Assembly (NCBI RefSeq): GCF_006345805.1
Contig: NC_043012.1
Coordinates: 11,408,001 to 11,472,000 of the forward strand
DNA from: Octopus sinensis
Lineage: Eukaryota
DNA length: 64,000 nucleotides
Reading direction: 5' to 3'
Part shown: piece by piece, positions 52,321-63,839 of the stretch
Position numbering within the stretch: position 1 is the first letter of the stretch
How the letters are laid out: each line of letters opens with the position of its first letter
Program-made: the position numbers and the translations under genes
Notes under the pieces: model-generated
The model's database searches: none
What the model saw: only the letters and a program-made list of their open reading frames with translations
What the model was told of the DNA's origin: nothing

Positions 52321-52321
52321 C
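52321..52321 (-). CDS. ANAPC11: ANAPC11 single-nucleotide exon (G), coding exon 2
   Basis: Minus strand atttcttttctgtattacag|G|gtgagtag: pyrimidine tract, CAG, one base, then consensus donor GTGAGT. A+G+C gives AGC (Ser), restoring frame and the 84-aa length. Confidence 0.8.
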
Positions 52322-53536
52322 CTGTAATACAGAAAAGAAATTTCATAATCATAGATGACAATCAAAGGGAAGTATGACTTAATATTTAAATGATAGGATA
52401 GGTTAATATACATTGATACAGGAATGGTAGAGGAGAGAAAGTGCACATTTGAATGACCAAGAGAAAATACATTAAAAAATATTTATTTTCAATGTATGCA
52501 CTGACGTGGTATTGGAATAAAATAACAATGTATACTATTTATATGAAAAGGCATTAACTGTCCCCTCCTCCCTTTTTTTATGGTGCAAGAGAAACTCCTC
52601 TTTAAAAACTTTGTGCATTAACAACATAACCTGCTCTGAATGACATCAGCAGACTATCAGACACCAGTGTTTTGGCACAATTTTGTCCCATTTCCGGTAA
52701 AAGTGAAAAATGAAGGAGGTGGGGGAAATTGAAAATTTGAAAATACGATTTTTGCAAATTTTTTTTCCAGAATCGGATCTTCCATAACCAAAAACGTGAG
52801 ATTCCGTAAAAAATAAAATTAATATATATATCCATTTTACCGGAAGTTATGACGGAAAAATCGGATTTTGAGAATTTTCCGAAAGTCCCCCTCCAGGGTT
52901 GTCGGCGAGCATTTTTTTTTTTTTCATATTCGTTTTCTACATACTTGTTAATACCCACCAGGCAGGTTTTAGTTTTTTTTTTGTTCCCGGGTGAAGATCT
53001 TTATACTGACCGGGGTTTTTTTGTATGTGTTTTCGTTAACGAGTGAGGATCTTTATATTGACAATTCCCTCCAACAAATGCACCATGGTAGAGGCATTTA
53101 GAAGAATGATAGTATTTAATTAAGGTCACTGAGTGTGTAACGAAATCAGAAGCTGTGGATAAAACTGGCAGAAAATATAAAAATGCAAAAAAGTGTCAAC
53201 AGAAGAGTTTGAACGGTTGACAGCAAATGAGACACAAATCTCTTCAGCGGAAACAGAAAAGTGTCTTGAAGGGAGTAGAGACAAGTGGATGTGCAAAAGA
53301 AACCCTAATCCTTGTGAAACATGTTAAATGTGAACGAAAATCAGAATTTAGGATCAGAGAGAAAAAACTTCAATAAAAAGTGAAGAATCTGATTCTACTT
53401 TATAATTCTTCTTTTTTACGCAATATTTCCAACCCTGGGCTTCTAAATGTAAATTCATTTGTCCAATACAAATGCCACAGTGTACCATATCTTCATCTAT
53501 TTCTATAAAATAAATGAAATAAAAGGAAATCCTTAC

Positions 53537-53555
53537 TTTTTACTTTCACCTTCAT
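53537..53555 (-). CDS. ANAPC11: ANAPC11 first coding exon (19 nt, phase 1)
   Basis: aaaagATG AAG GTG AAA GTA AAA A|gtaagg gives MKVKVK, matching the conserved APC11 start MKVKIK. Confidence 0.9.
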
Positions 53556-53559
53556 CTTT

Positions 53560-53900
53560 TTTAACTCATGCAGCCCGCCATTGTTATCAGAATCAGTTTT
53601 AAAACAAGTCGTAGTTGCGTATCTCGAAACAAAACTAGACATATTTATATATATACGTTCAGTATTAATTATAATATAATAACACATTTAAATAGTACAT
53701 TAAAAAATAATGACATTAAACTAGAAAGTAAAATTTTAATACTAAACTAAATATAAACACTTCTCTGAAAACTGTAAAAATGGCGGTTTTTATTTTTGTT
53801 TTCATAAAAATTGTTTGAAAGTTTGTGATTTTGACTTCGTCTTCCACCGCTGCTGGATTATTTAATTATTTAGGTATTTCATACAGGTACTTGGTTATTT
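53560..53900. promoter_or_regulatory. Probable bidirectional promoter of ANAPC11 (-) and DIS3L (+)
   Basis: Lies just upstream of the ANAPC11 ATG; divergent ATGGCG (YY1-like) motifs at 53576-53581 (-) and 53777-53786 (+); candidate DIS3L 5'UTR donors near 53875-53890; CpGs retained locally. Confidence 0.5.
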
Positions 53901-54761
53901 TACTTCCTAACAATTGACCTCTGTCAATTTTGATTATATTGTTCTTTATAAATTAACACTAATTGACACAAAATAATACTAATTATGTTTGTTATTGATC
54001 TCTCTCTCACATTATTGACATAAAATCGAACAAGTTTTGATATTGCTCCCTCTCTCTGGTATTGATAGAAAGTCGATGACGACAAGCAAACCTCGGGCGA
54101 TATTTCGTATTGTTTTATCGACTTTAGGTGTTTGTATCTTTAGTGAAAGCCTTTATGGCCCCTAATGAAGGGCTTTCCACCTGGGAGTATCCCGTCTCCG
54201 TGTGTGCAGGGAACCCGCAACAATGTTACCTCATGTTTCCTTTTCTAAGATGATGTGTTTGTGATATGAAGGAGATTTAACTGCTATTTCTACCCGTTCA
54301 CTCAACCATCGAACGGTTACCTTGCTACGAAGCTGCGCTAAAACAAAGGATAAGACGATGATGATGATGAACATTTGTTTGGCCCTCTGCTATTTCTGTT
54401 AATCCAATGCCTTACTCGATCTATTTACAGACCTTTTCTCTAAAACCCAAAGCTACGTTGAAGCGGAACTGTATTCGACGACGAGGACGTAGTTTGTTGA
54501 CATTTCTTAGAGTAGACAAGTGGTGAAGTAGGTTGGCAGAATCATTAGAGCGTTGGACAAAAAAAATACCTAAAGTTATTTACTTCAGTTTTTTACATTG
54601 TGAGTTCAAATTCCGCCGGGGTCAACTCAGCCTTTCATATACCCCACCCCACCGCCGGCATGGATGAAATAAAGGACTCGTGACGTACTAGGATTGATAT
54701 ATTCGACTAAATCCCTCCCCTTAAAATTACTGGCCCTGTACCAAAACTAGAAACAATTTTA

Positions 54762-54913
54762 GGCGATCCTTCGGTATAGGTACCGGAAGTGGCTTTGTTT
54801 ACATTTCTGAAGATAACAGAGACCCTTTCCCCCTAACCCTAACCCCCCATATATATATAAAAAAAAACAACACTTTCTTGAAATGTATCCGGTACCTATA
54901 CCGAAGTTACGCC
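54762..54913. mobile_element. Small MITE with about 26-bp imperfect TIRs
   Basis: ggcgatccttcggtataggtaccgga ... tccggtacctataccgaagttacgcc. Confidence 0.8.
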
Positions 54914-55879
54914 CAATTTTATAACGTACAAAGACAATGAAGTATAGTGATGTTTGTGTTTTAATGACGCAATGTTCTTCGGCACCTCTTATTTACTTGC
55001 TGAGCGTTTGACCAGATCTAATAGAAATATCGAAGTCCCAAACCGTCCTTCAAGTTTATTCAGATATACTTTCCCGTCCCTTTTCTCACAATTAATTTAC
55101 AACAGTGTGGTTTACATGATCTGAAATTGTTGACAATTTTAAACTGAAACGCTTTCGAGCGAGCCAGTCTTACAAGCTTTTGTTTATAGAAGAGGAGGTT
55201 GTTGTCGCTGGGCTTCCGATTTCGATTCCACAGAGCGGACAACTTGGGCGATTTGTCATTTATTGTTGTCGTGGTTCATTGAGTTGATTTTCTGTGATAC
55301 ATCCAAGTACATAGAATGTAGATAATCATCGTCGTCGTCGTCGTCATCATCAGCAGCAGCAGCATCGTCATTATCATCGTCATTGGCATGGATTAGATCA
55401 GTGGTTTTCAGTCGGGTTTCATGTATGATTTTTGGGGTCCACACAACAAAATAGAAACTTGGGGATCCACAATAGTATTTTAAGGGACCCTGAAAAAATT
55501 TTGCTTTAGTATTGCAATAAACAGTTTTTTCAACCCCTTCAAACATTTTACAAGTTCAACCTATAAAAGTTAAAATGTAAAAACAAAATAGGGATTTTGA
55601 AAGACGTTTCTATAAAACTAGTTTTTAAGCATAGAATAGCTAAAGGGGTCTACCAGAATAAAATAGTAATCAAAAGGGTCCAGAGATAAAAAAAAAAAAA
55701 AATAGTTGGGAACCTCTGGGTTACATAGTTCATCATGGTCTAAATTCTTGCTTAGAATTACTTCTACTGTCCAAGACAGGTTGAAGAACCACTTTTCACT
55801 CATACATTTCACTCTTGGTTTAGTTTCAATAGCCTGATGCCCTTTCTAGCACCAACCGTTTTATATTTGATGTAATTTT

Positions 55880-56410
55880 ATGTTAGGCAATGGATGCTGT
55901 GTACAAGAAAGAAGACTGCACTGGTTTGGTCATGTGATGCATATGGATAAGGACAGCTGTGTAAAAAGTGCTGAGCTGTAATTGTGGGAGGAGTAGACTG
56001 AAGAAGACCTGGGATGAAGTGGTGAGAAAGGATCTTTGGATGCTGGGCCTCCCTGAAGAAATGACAAAGGGATGGGAGATATGGCAATTTGCTGTACTTG
56101 ATAAGATGCACCAAGCTAAGTAAAATCGCTGTCTTCCACATATACAAGCTTGTCTTCTCAAATGCTGGTGCCAGATGAAATGCACTTGTGCGGGTGCTGC
56201 ATAAGTGCACCCATGCCAGAGCTGCATAAACACATCTGTGGCAGTGGTGCATAAAAAGCATGCAACACACTGTTAAGTGGTTGGGGTTAGGAAGGGCATC
56301 CAGCCATAGAAACCATGCCTCAACTGACACTTGGAGTCTGGCCAGCTGATTGTTAAACAGCCCAACCCATGCCATCATGGAAAATGGAAGTTAAACCATG
56401 ACAACAACGA
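55880..56410 (+). mobile_element. RTE LINE 3' fragment
   Basis: aagaagacctgggatgaagtggtgagaaaggatctt (KKTWDEVVRKDL) followed by the family 3' UTR. Confidence 0.7.
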
Positions 56411-57280
56411 CGACGTTCTCCATAGCAACTGAACAATCTTGCTTCTGAACGAATTGTCATTCAGATCATCGCTGTTTCCCTTGGCAACTGGAGTTTAACC
56501 CCAAAATCAGTGGGTTTGTGTTAATGTTAGAGATCGAGAAATCAAATGAATTGGGATGTGAGAACAGATTGATGTGTTTTAACCGCTTGAAGTACAACAT
56601 AATGGATGGCTTATTAGCTGAACTTTTAACCTTGTGGGACAAAGTTCAACTTCTTAACCCTATTATTGTTGTTATGTTTACCTCTCTCTTTCTCTTTCTT
56701 TTCCTATTGTGTGTGCATTGTTTTATCTATTCTATGTATATAAATGTGTGTATGTATCCATGTATATACACACATATGTATGCATGTATATACACACACA
56801 TACAAGTTAGTTTATGCACGCACACACACACACATACAAGCACATACATACTCACACATACGTTACATTTTAGTGATGACATTAAACCACGGAGGCATCA
56901 TTTTTTCAATCCCATTTTCTAAAAGTTCTAGATTATTCATAATCAAGCGTTATGACTGATGAAATCATTATGAGTTTGGACCATTGGGTGACTGATGTAC
57001 AACTAATCTGGATGTGTTTTTAGACAAGAAACCTAACGATTGCTATCATTTACTTGTAATTAAGTGTAAGTCGCACAACACAATGAATATTTTATCAACT
57101 TCCTCTAACTCTATTAATATTTTGTGTATTTTGCTTATGATAGAAACTTTCATAATGTAACACGCTTAACTGTTTTGATATCAACCTACCTGAGGATTAC
57201 CTTAAAACCTTCCATCAAAATTTCATTTTAATTCAAATTCCAAAACCAGTTAAGTAACAACAAATTTATTGTACTAAGTT

Positions 57281-57499
57281 CTTTTACTCTTTTACTTGTT
57301 TCTGTCATTTTACTGTGGCCATGGTGGAGCACCGCCGTTAGTCGAGCAAATCGACCCCAGGACTTATTCTTTGTAAGCCTAGTACTTATTCTATCGGTCT
57401 CTTTTTGCTAAACCGCTAAGTTACAGGAACGTAAACACGCCAGCATCGGTTGTCAAGCTATGCTGGGGAGACAAGCACAGGCACACAAACATATACATG

Positions 57500-57549
<50 letters not shown>

Positions 57550-57712
57550 GACAGGCTTCTTTCAGTTTCCGTCTACCAAATCCACTCACAAGGCTTTGGT
57601 CGACCCGGGGCTATAGTAGAAGACACTTGCCCAAGGTGCTACGCAGTGGGACTGAACCTGGAGCCATGTGGTTGGTAAGCAAGGTACTTACCACACAGCC
57701 ACTCCTGCGCCT
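57281..57712 (-). mobile_element. SINE family A, full length
   Basis: Reverse complement of the 6948-7358 type. Confidence 0.9.
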
Positions 57713-57884
57713 ATTGTATATATATATATATATAATCATTCTTTAACATCCGCCTTCCATGCTGGAAAGTGTGATATATATATATGTAGTTCAGTGCATG
57801 TGCCAGCCTAGAACATGAACATTAAATGATAATGGTGGTGTTGTTGATGACAGTGATGATGACAATACACATGCATGTGTGCGT

Positions 57885-57920
<36 letters not shown>

Positions 57921-57989
57921 TTATTTCTTTAGTGGAGACATCATTTCATCTTTTTTGTATTTAACAGTTGTACAAACCAATACCGAAAT

Positions 57990-58188
57990 ATGACTGCCGA
58001 AGAAAGTGATGACTTTGAGAAAGCCCCATCCACCACCTCTATATCCCAGATTTCCAGAATAAACAGACAGTTCCGGCTGAAGTCGAACCGGAAAAGCAAT
58101 ATTATTAGTATGGTACAAGAACTCTATCTTCGAAAAGATGTTCCTTGCAAAAGTCTTTTATGCCAGAACAATTGCACATCGAATAAAG
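57990..58188 (+). CDS. DIS3L: DIS3L first coding exon
   Basis: Acceptor ttaacag ends at 57967; MTAEES...SMVQELYLRKDVPCKSLLCQNNC matches the YLRxxVPCxSxxC Cys-rich motif; donor G|gtaagt. Confidence 0.88.
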
Positions 58189-58369
58189 GTAAGTGTGGAT
58201 GGGTTGGTTTGATCTTTTGTTTTCTTTTTTAATTGTTTCACTCCATATGTGGCCAAGCTGGGGCACCACCTGCATGTCTTAATCATCTCAAACCTAGTAC
58301 TTACTTTGTCAATCTCTATTTGACAAATGGCTAAGTTACCTTTTTGACATATAGGTGTAGGAGTGGCTT

Positions 58370-58700
58370 TAGTCGAGCAAATCGACCCCAGGACTTTTTC
58401 TTTGGAAACCTAGTACTTATTCCATCTGTCTTTTGCCGAACCGCTAAGTCAGGGGGATGTAAACACACCACCATCAGTTGTCAAGCGATGTTGGGGGGAC
58501 AAACACAGACACACAAACATATACACACACATACATATATACGACGGGCTTCTTTCAGTTACTGTCTACCAAATCCACTCACAAGGCTTTGGTCGGCCCG
58601 AGGCTATAATAGAAGACACTTGCCCAGGGTGCCACGCAGTGGGACTGAACCCAGAACCATGTGGTTGGTAAGCAAGCTACTTACCACACAGCCACTCCTG
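58370..58700 (-). mobile_element. SINE family A, intronic
   Basis: Same family on the reverse strand. Confidence 0.85.
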
Positions 58701-59613
58701 TCTGAGATAATTTATTGTTTATTTGATTTTAATTCTTTAGAGTAGTAAATGTAATTTCTGGAGGTGAAACATGTTTAATATTTGGCCTCACTGAGGAGAT
58801 GACAAGAGACTGAGAATTCTGGCAATTTGCTGTACTTGTAAATACATGTCAAGCTAAGTAAAACCATGGCCATCCAGATGTACAGTCAAGTCCTTTATGA
58901 CCCATGCTGGCACCACATAAAAAGCCCTTGTACCTGCGTCACATAAAAACCATTCATGTAAATAGCATTTGTACTAGAATCACGTAAAACTATCTGTCCA
59001 GTGCTATGTAGTAAAAGCCCCAAGTACACTCTGTAAAGTGATTGGCATTAGAAGGGCATCCAGCCAAAGAAATTAGGCCGAAACAGACAGTTGGAGCCTG
59101 GGCAGCTCTCCAGCTGGCCAGCTGCTGCCAAATTGTCCAACCCATGCCAGCATAGAAAACAGACGTTAAATGATGATGATGATGATACATATCCAGGAAT
59201 AAAACACTTGAGGATGTCATGTACATATCATCATCATCATCATTATGATCATTATCATTTTTATATCTACTTTCCATGTTGACATGGGTTAGCTGGGTTG
59301 TCACAGTCCAAGGCAGGTCTTACTTAGAGTTACTGATCTCTTAGACGGGTCTAAGGATCACGTCTCACTTGATGGTAAATATTTAGTGTGGTATCTATGG
59401 TTGGATTTCATTCTAACCACCAACTTTATAGAGTATGTAATGGTTCATTGCTGAGTTATGACCCCAGCAATAGAGAGAGGTTGCTTGACGATGTTAATAT
59501 TTTAAAATATTCCATCTCTATAGGGGAAGCTTATAATCCCGAATATTATAGTTCTATGATTGTTGTTGTCTGAAAATATTACTTATTTTTCTATTTTGTT
59601 CTTTTTTCCACAG

Positions 59614-59747
59614 AAAATGATGTATTCCTATCATTGGATGTTTCACATTATGTTGTACTGGATAGCCAGATATGCAGGGACTATTTGGAAATATGGGAAA
59701 CACCAGAGATAAAAGGAATTATATTCCCCCAAACTATTGTTAACAGT
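59614..59747 (+). CDS. DIS3L: DIS3L coding exon 2 (PIN domain)
   Basis: ttccacag|AA AAT...AAC AGT|gtaagt; LDVSHYVVLDSQICRDYLEIWETPEIKGIIFPQT aligns with recalled human DIS3L [33 protein letters not shown]. Confidence 0.93.
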
Positions 59748-61157
59748 GTAAGTTTTTCTTTTATTATGTGTAAATACAAATCTACACGTGTGTAGTTATT
59801 GAAAATCTGCTTCAACAAATTCCATGGAGAAGTGATGTTAAATGATGATGATGGTGATGATGATGATATATATACATACATATATGTATGTGTATATATA
59901 TGTGTGTGTGTGTGTGTGTTGTGTGTCATAAGTCCAAAACATTGCCTTTTCAGAAAACAAAAAAGTAGTTTCACCATTCCATTACTGTTTACATTAGCAA
60001 CAGTTTCAGCTTAACAATAATACTTTGTTGGGTGCATAAAATCGTAACTCCATGCATGTATGATATTTTTAGTCAGAAATATTTTTGCAAAACCGTCGTA
60101 TGTGGGACTAACTACACTTTTGAAAATGCTAAACCATTGTACTACACCTTGACAGTTTCATATCTTGGCATCTGAAGCAGCTGGAGATACGATAGGTTGA
60201 CCAAAAGAACCAGCTTTTGGAAGCAAAATAAAATATTGGAAAAAATGCATTTGGCCAAGTTTGGACATACAACAGTTTAACATAACAGCAATGATGTATA
60301 TATATGTGGGTGTATATATATATATATATAAACAATTGCAGCGTGGAAGGTGTTTATAAGCCATTTAAAAACACACAAAGACCGTTAGATTCACTTCAAC
60401 ATTAAAATTTAATTTACCAAAATATTTTCGTTGCTTTGAGACCGCGACCTGATCACTGACTATATTGTGGAGGTGTGTGGATTAGTGGTTAGGATGTTGG
60501 GCTCATGATCATTGTGGTTTCAATTCCTGGACTAGGCAATGCATTGTGTTCTTGAGCAAATCACTTCATTTCACGTTGCTCCAGTCCACTCAGTTTGCAA
60601 AAAGGAGTAATCCTACAATGGACTGGCATCCCATCCAGCTGGGGAATGTATACACCATGAAACCAAGAAATCAGCTCTTATGAGTCACCATGACTCAAGA
60701 AGGTAACTTTACCTTTGTGTATGTATATTACTTCTATTCTTTTACTGGTTCTCCTTCCATTTAGCTTTTGCCATGGTGATAAACTGGCATCAAAATACAA
60801 AAAATTCTACTGATGGCAATATTCTTTTACAGGCCATTCTGTAGCATTGCATGTTGATTATATCAAGTGCTCTACTTATTTTTATTGAGTGTTACTTATT
60901 TTATCAGCCTCTTACAAGGATGAAAAACAAAGGTAACCTTAGTGAGATTTGAACTTGGAATGAAAAATGCTGGAACAAATCCCCACATGACATTTGGTTT
61001 GATGCTGTACTGATCCTATTAAAAGTGTTTCATCTTCAGAGTTGAGCTTCACTCTCTTCAAGACTATAATCATATTAGCAATGCTTGTCTGTTTTGTAAT
61101 GGAGAAGATACGTTACATGTTATGAAAGTAAAATGTAATAATTTGTTCTTCACTTAG

Positions 61158-61309
61158 GTCCAGTATGAAGGTAACAGCCGTCAGGTGAAACGACTGAAGG
61201 CCCTCCTGGATGATCCTCGTAAAGGATCAGTGTTGTTCTGTAATGAGTTTCATGAAGATGTGTATTGTGAAAGACAACCAAAAGAACCAACATCAGAATG
61301 GCAAACTAA
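61158..61309 (+). CDS. DIS3L: DIS3L coding exon 3
   Basis: cacttag|GTC CAG...ACT AA|gtaagc; VQYEGNSRQVKRLKALLDDPRKGSVLFCNEFHEDVYCERQPKEPTSEWQT. Confidence 0.93.
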
Positions 61310-61605
61310 GTAAGCTGCTCTGTTTGTCTGTCCGTCTGTCCATCCCAAACACTTCTCTCTCTCCCAAATACAGCCAGTATTTGTAAGCTTATCTTACTAA
61401 ATACAACTAATACCGATAAACTTTTCTTTTTTTTCCCCCTTCATATTTTCTTCTTCTTCTTCCTCTTCTTCCATTTCTTTCTTCATTATCTGATCTCCCT
61501 GTCTGTAGAATCCTCTGCTCCAAGTTCTCAAAAGCTTTTTTCCTTTTAACTATCATGTTCTAATTAGTCTTGCTTTTGTTTCTTTTCTCCTTGTACCATT
61601 CCTAG

Positions 61606-61687
61606 GTGTTGCTACAAAGTCTCAGAATGGTATTACAACCACCTAAATGGTCAAATGCCTATTATAATGGTGACTGATAATACGAAG
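61606..61687 (+). CDS. DIS3L: DIS3L coding exon 4
   Basis: cctag|G TGT...ACG AAG|gtgagt; CCYKVSEWYYNHLNGQMPIIMVTDNTK. Confidence 0.93.
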
Positions 61688-62036
61688 GTGAGTTGCCGAT
61701 CTCTTTCAGTACCTCAACATCCAATCAAACTATAAAATGGCTTTTCCCTTTTCTGTATTTGTAAATTAATATTCTGTGTCTCAGTCTTCAGCATCCTCCT
61801 TGATAACTCTGTTCATAGATGCATTGAATCAATCAAGATTTTTTAAAGATCTTCTTGGATCCATACATGTGATAGACTGGTTGTTGCTGTTGAGTAAAAG
61901 AAGAAAAAAAGTTCTCTACGTTTGTTTGAGAAACTGTATCTTTTAAAACAACTTAAGAACCTTCAGTGATTGTGTAAATACTAGGAACGAGATTTTTCTT
62001 CATGACCATATTTTACAAAATACATCTTAGCAGAAA

Positions 62037-62248
62037 TTAACCCCTAGCAGATGGAAAACGGTACTGACTGCATTGAAATACTGTGTGTGAGCAGTACAAT
62101 GTCTCGTTCTGTGCTGCACCTTGTTTTCAAATACACCACACTGTAAAGACATAAAATTGTTTGTTTGAAAGATTATGTAGTTACTAAACGGCCTAATACC
62201 AGTACACAGCACCGACTGTCAGTACTAAATCTGTCTGCAAGGGGTTAA
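62037..62248. mobile_element. TTAA-flanked MITE (piggyBac-type)
   Basis: ttaacccctagcag ... ctgcaaggggttaa. Confidence 0.65.
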
Positions 62249-62893
62249 GGATAAATTACGTGGCACTTCGTAAAGAATTCTAGTGTTGGCTTATGTAATT
62301 TTTGATATTCATAAGATACTGGTTATATTTACTGTGAAGTTAATTATTTCTTCTGTGCTTCTCTGTCTTTTTCTAAATGCTTCTGCTCATTCAAACATCG
62401 ATTGCTATGCCATCATGTTGTTTTTACCAGCTTGCTAAATAGCAAAATAAGTTAATATTTTGGCCAGGAAACCATGGGAAACTGTATTTCACAAGGGTTT
62501 TTGTGGTTTTTATTAAGAAAATAAAAACTCTTTGAACTGATCAAATGCTTTATATATTTACATTTTTCTCAATTACTCTTGTATTATCTCATGGCTTTGA
62601 AATTTTGAAAAATGTGATTGTTTAGTTTCAGAATGACAAAGTAAGGTAGTTTTGGGAGGCTGGATCTGACCACTTTTAACATAAAACAGATGGAATATTT
62701 GGGCTGGGTATGGCTGGTTTGAATGACGAAGGGCTAAAACTTAGGTGCACAGCCAAGTTTATTTCTCTAAAATCAGTCACTGCAGAACTTCTTGATTCTA
62801 TAGAATCCACTTTGAAAAAAAGCATGATTTGTAACAGTGATTGGATTCACTTAATTAATTATATGTGACTAATTACTTTTGTTGGTCTTTCAG

Positions 62894-63035
62894 ATGATTG
62901 AAGAATATGGATGCAAAACTTTGAACGTCTTTGTTTTATCAATGGAAGACTACATGAATAACTTTTGGGAGGAACTTCCAGGAATAATTGATTTGTACGC
63001 GTCTCTTCGTGCATCTTTAGACAGTAAACAAAAAG
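62894..63035 (+). CDS. DIS3L: DIS3L coding exon 5
   Basis: ctttcag|ATG ATT...AAA G|gtaaat; MIEEYGCKTLNVFVLSMEDYMNNFWEELPGIIDLYASLRASLDSKQK. Confidence 0.92.
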
Positions 63036-63207
63036 GTAAATGAATGGTTGACCTTTTCCCTCTGTCTGTCTGTCTGTCTGTCATTGTCAGGTGTCATTGC
63101 TGCATATGAACATAGAACTGCTCTAGATTCCAAACCAGGAACCTTTGTTTCTAAGCCATATATTTCGTTTGAATCATTTACTATTATGCTGGTGACAAAG
63201 TTGGAGC

Positions 63208-63582
63208 TGAGGAGTGGTAAGTAGCTTGCTTACCAACCACATGGTTCCGGGTTCAATCCCACTGCGTGGCACCTTGGGCAAGTGTCTTCTACTATAGCCT
63301 GTGAGTGGATTTGGTAGACGGAAACTGAAAGAAGTCTGTTGTATATATATGTATATATATATATATATATATGTGTGTATGTATATATATATATATATAT
63401 GTATGGGTGTATATGTTTTTGTGCATGTTTTTTTCCCCCCAACATCGTTTAGCAAAAGAGGCTGATAGAATAAGCACTAGGCTTACAAAGAATAAGTCCT
63501 GGGGTCGATTTGCTCGACTAAAAGCGGTGCTCCAGCATGGCCACATTCAAATGGCTGAAACAAGTAAAAGAGTAAAGAGTAA
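63208..63582 (+). mobile_element. SINE family A, intronic, with internal deletions
   Basis: Same head and tail as the other copies. Confidence 0.85.
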
Positions 63583-63709
63583 AAGATATATATATATATA
63601 CACACACACATACATATATACTTATATATACATGTTACTTACTTTTATATTAATTTTCTTTTTGGATTGTGTATTTATTTTCTTTTTTCCAATTTTCTTG
63701 TCTTTTCAG

Positions 63710-63839
63710 GAACAGAATATTTGGGATATCTTCCAATGCACTGTCTTGAGAGTGGTGTCAAAACTGGTCTCTTCATAAAGGGACACTTAAATGTCAACAA
63801 ACATGATGCTCAGAGAGAAGCTTTTCTACAGCGTAGCAG
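63710..63839 (+). CDS. DIS3L: DIS3L coding exon 6 (start of cold-shock domain); the gene continues beyond the window
   Basis: cttttcag|GA ACA...AGC AG|gtcagt; GTEYLGYLPMHCLESGVKTGLFIKGHLNVNKHDAQREAF. Confidence 0.9.

Noticed and set aside
53440-53502. Frame reading IDEDMVHCGIC just inside ANAPC11 intron 1, superficially like ANDDNCGIC
   Set aside because: It would need a 34-nt intron and the similarity does not extend; treated as coincidence.
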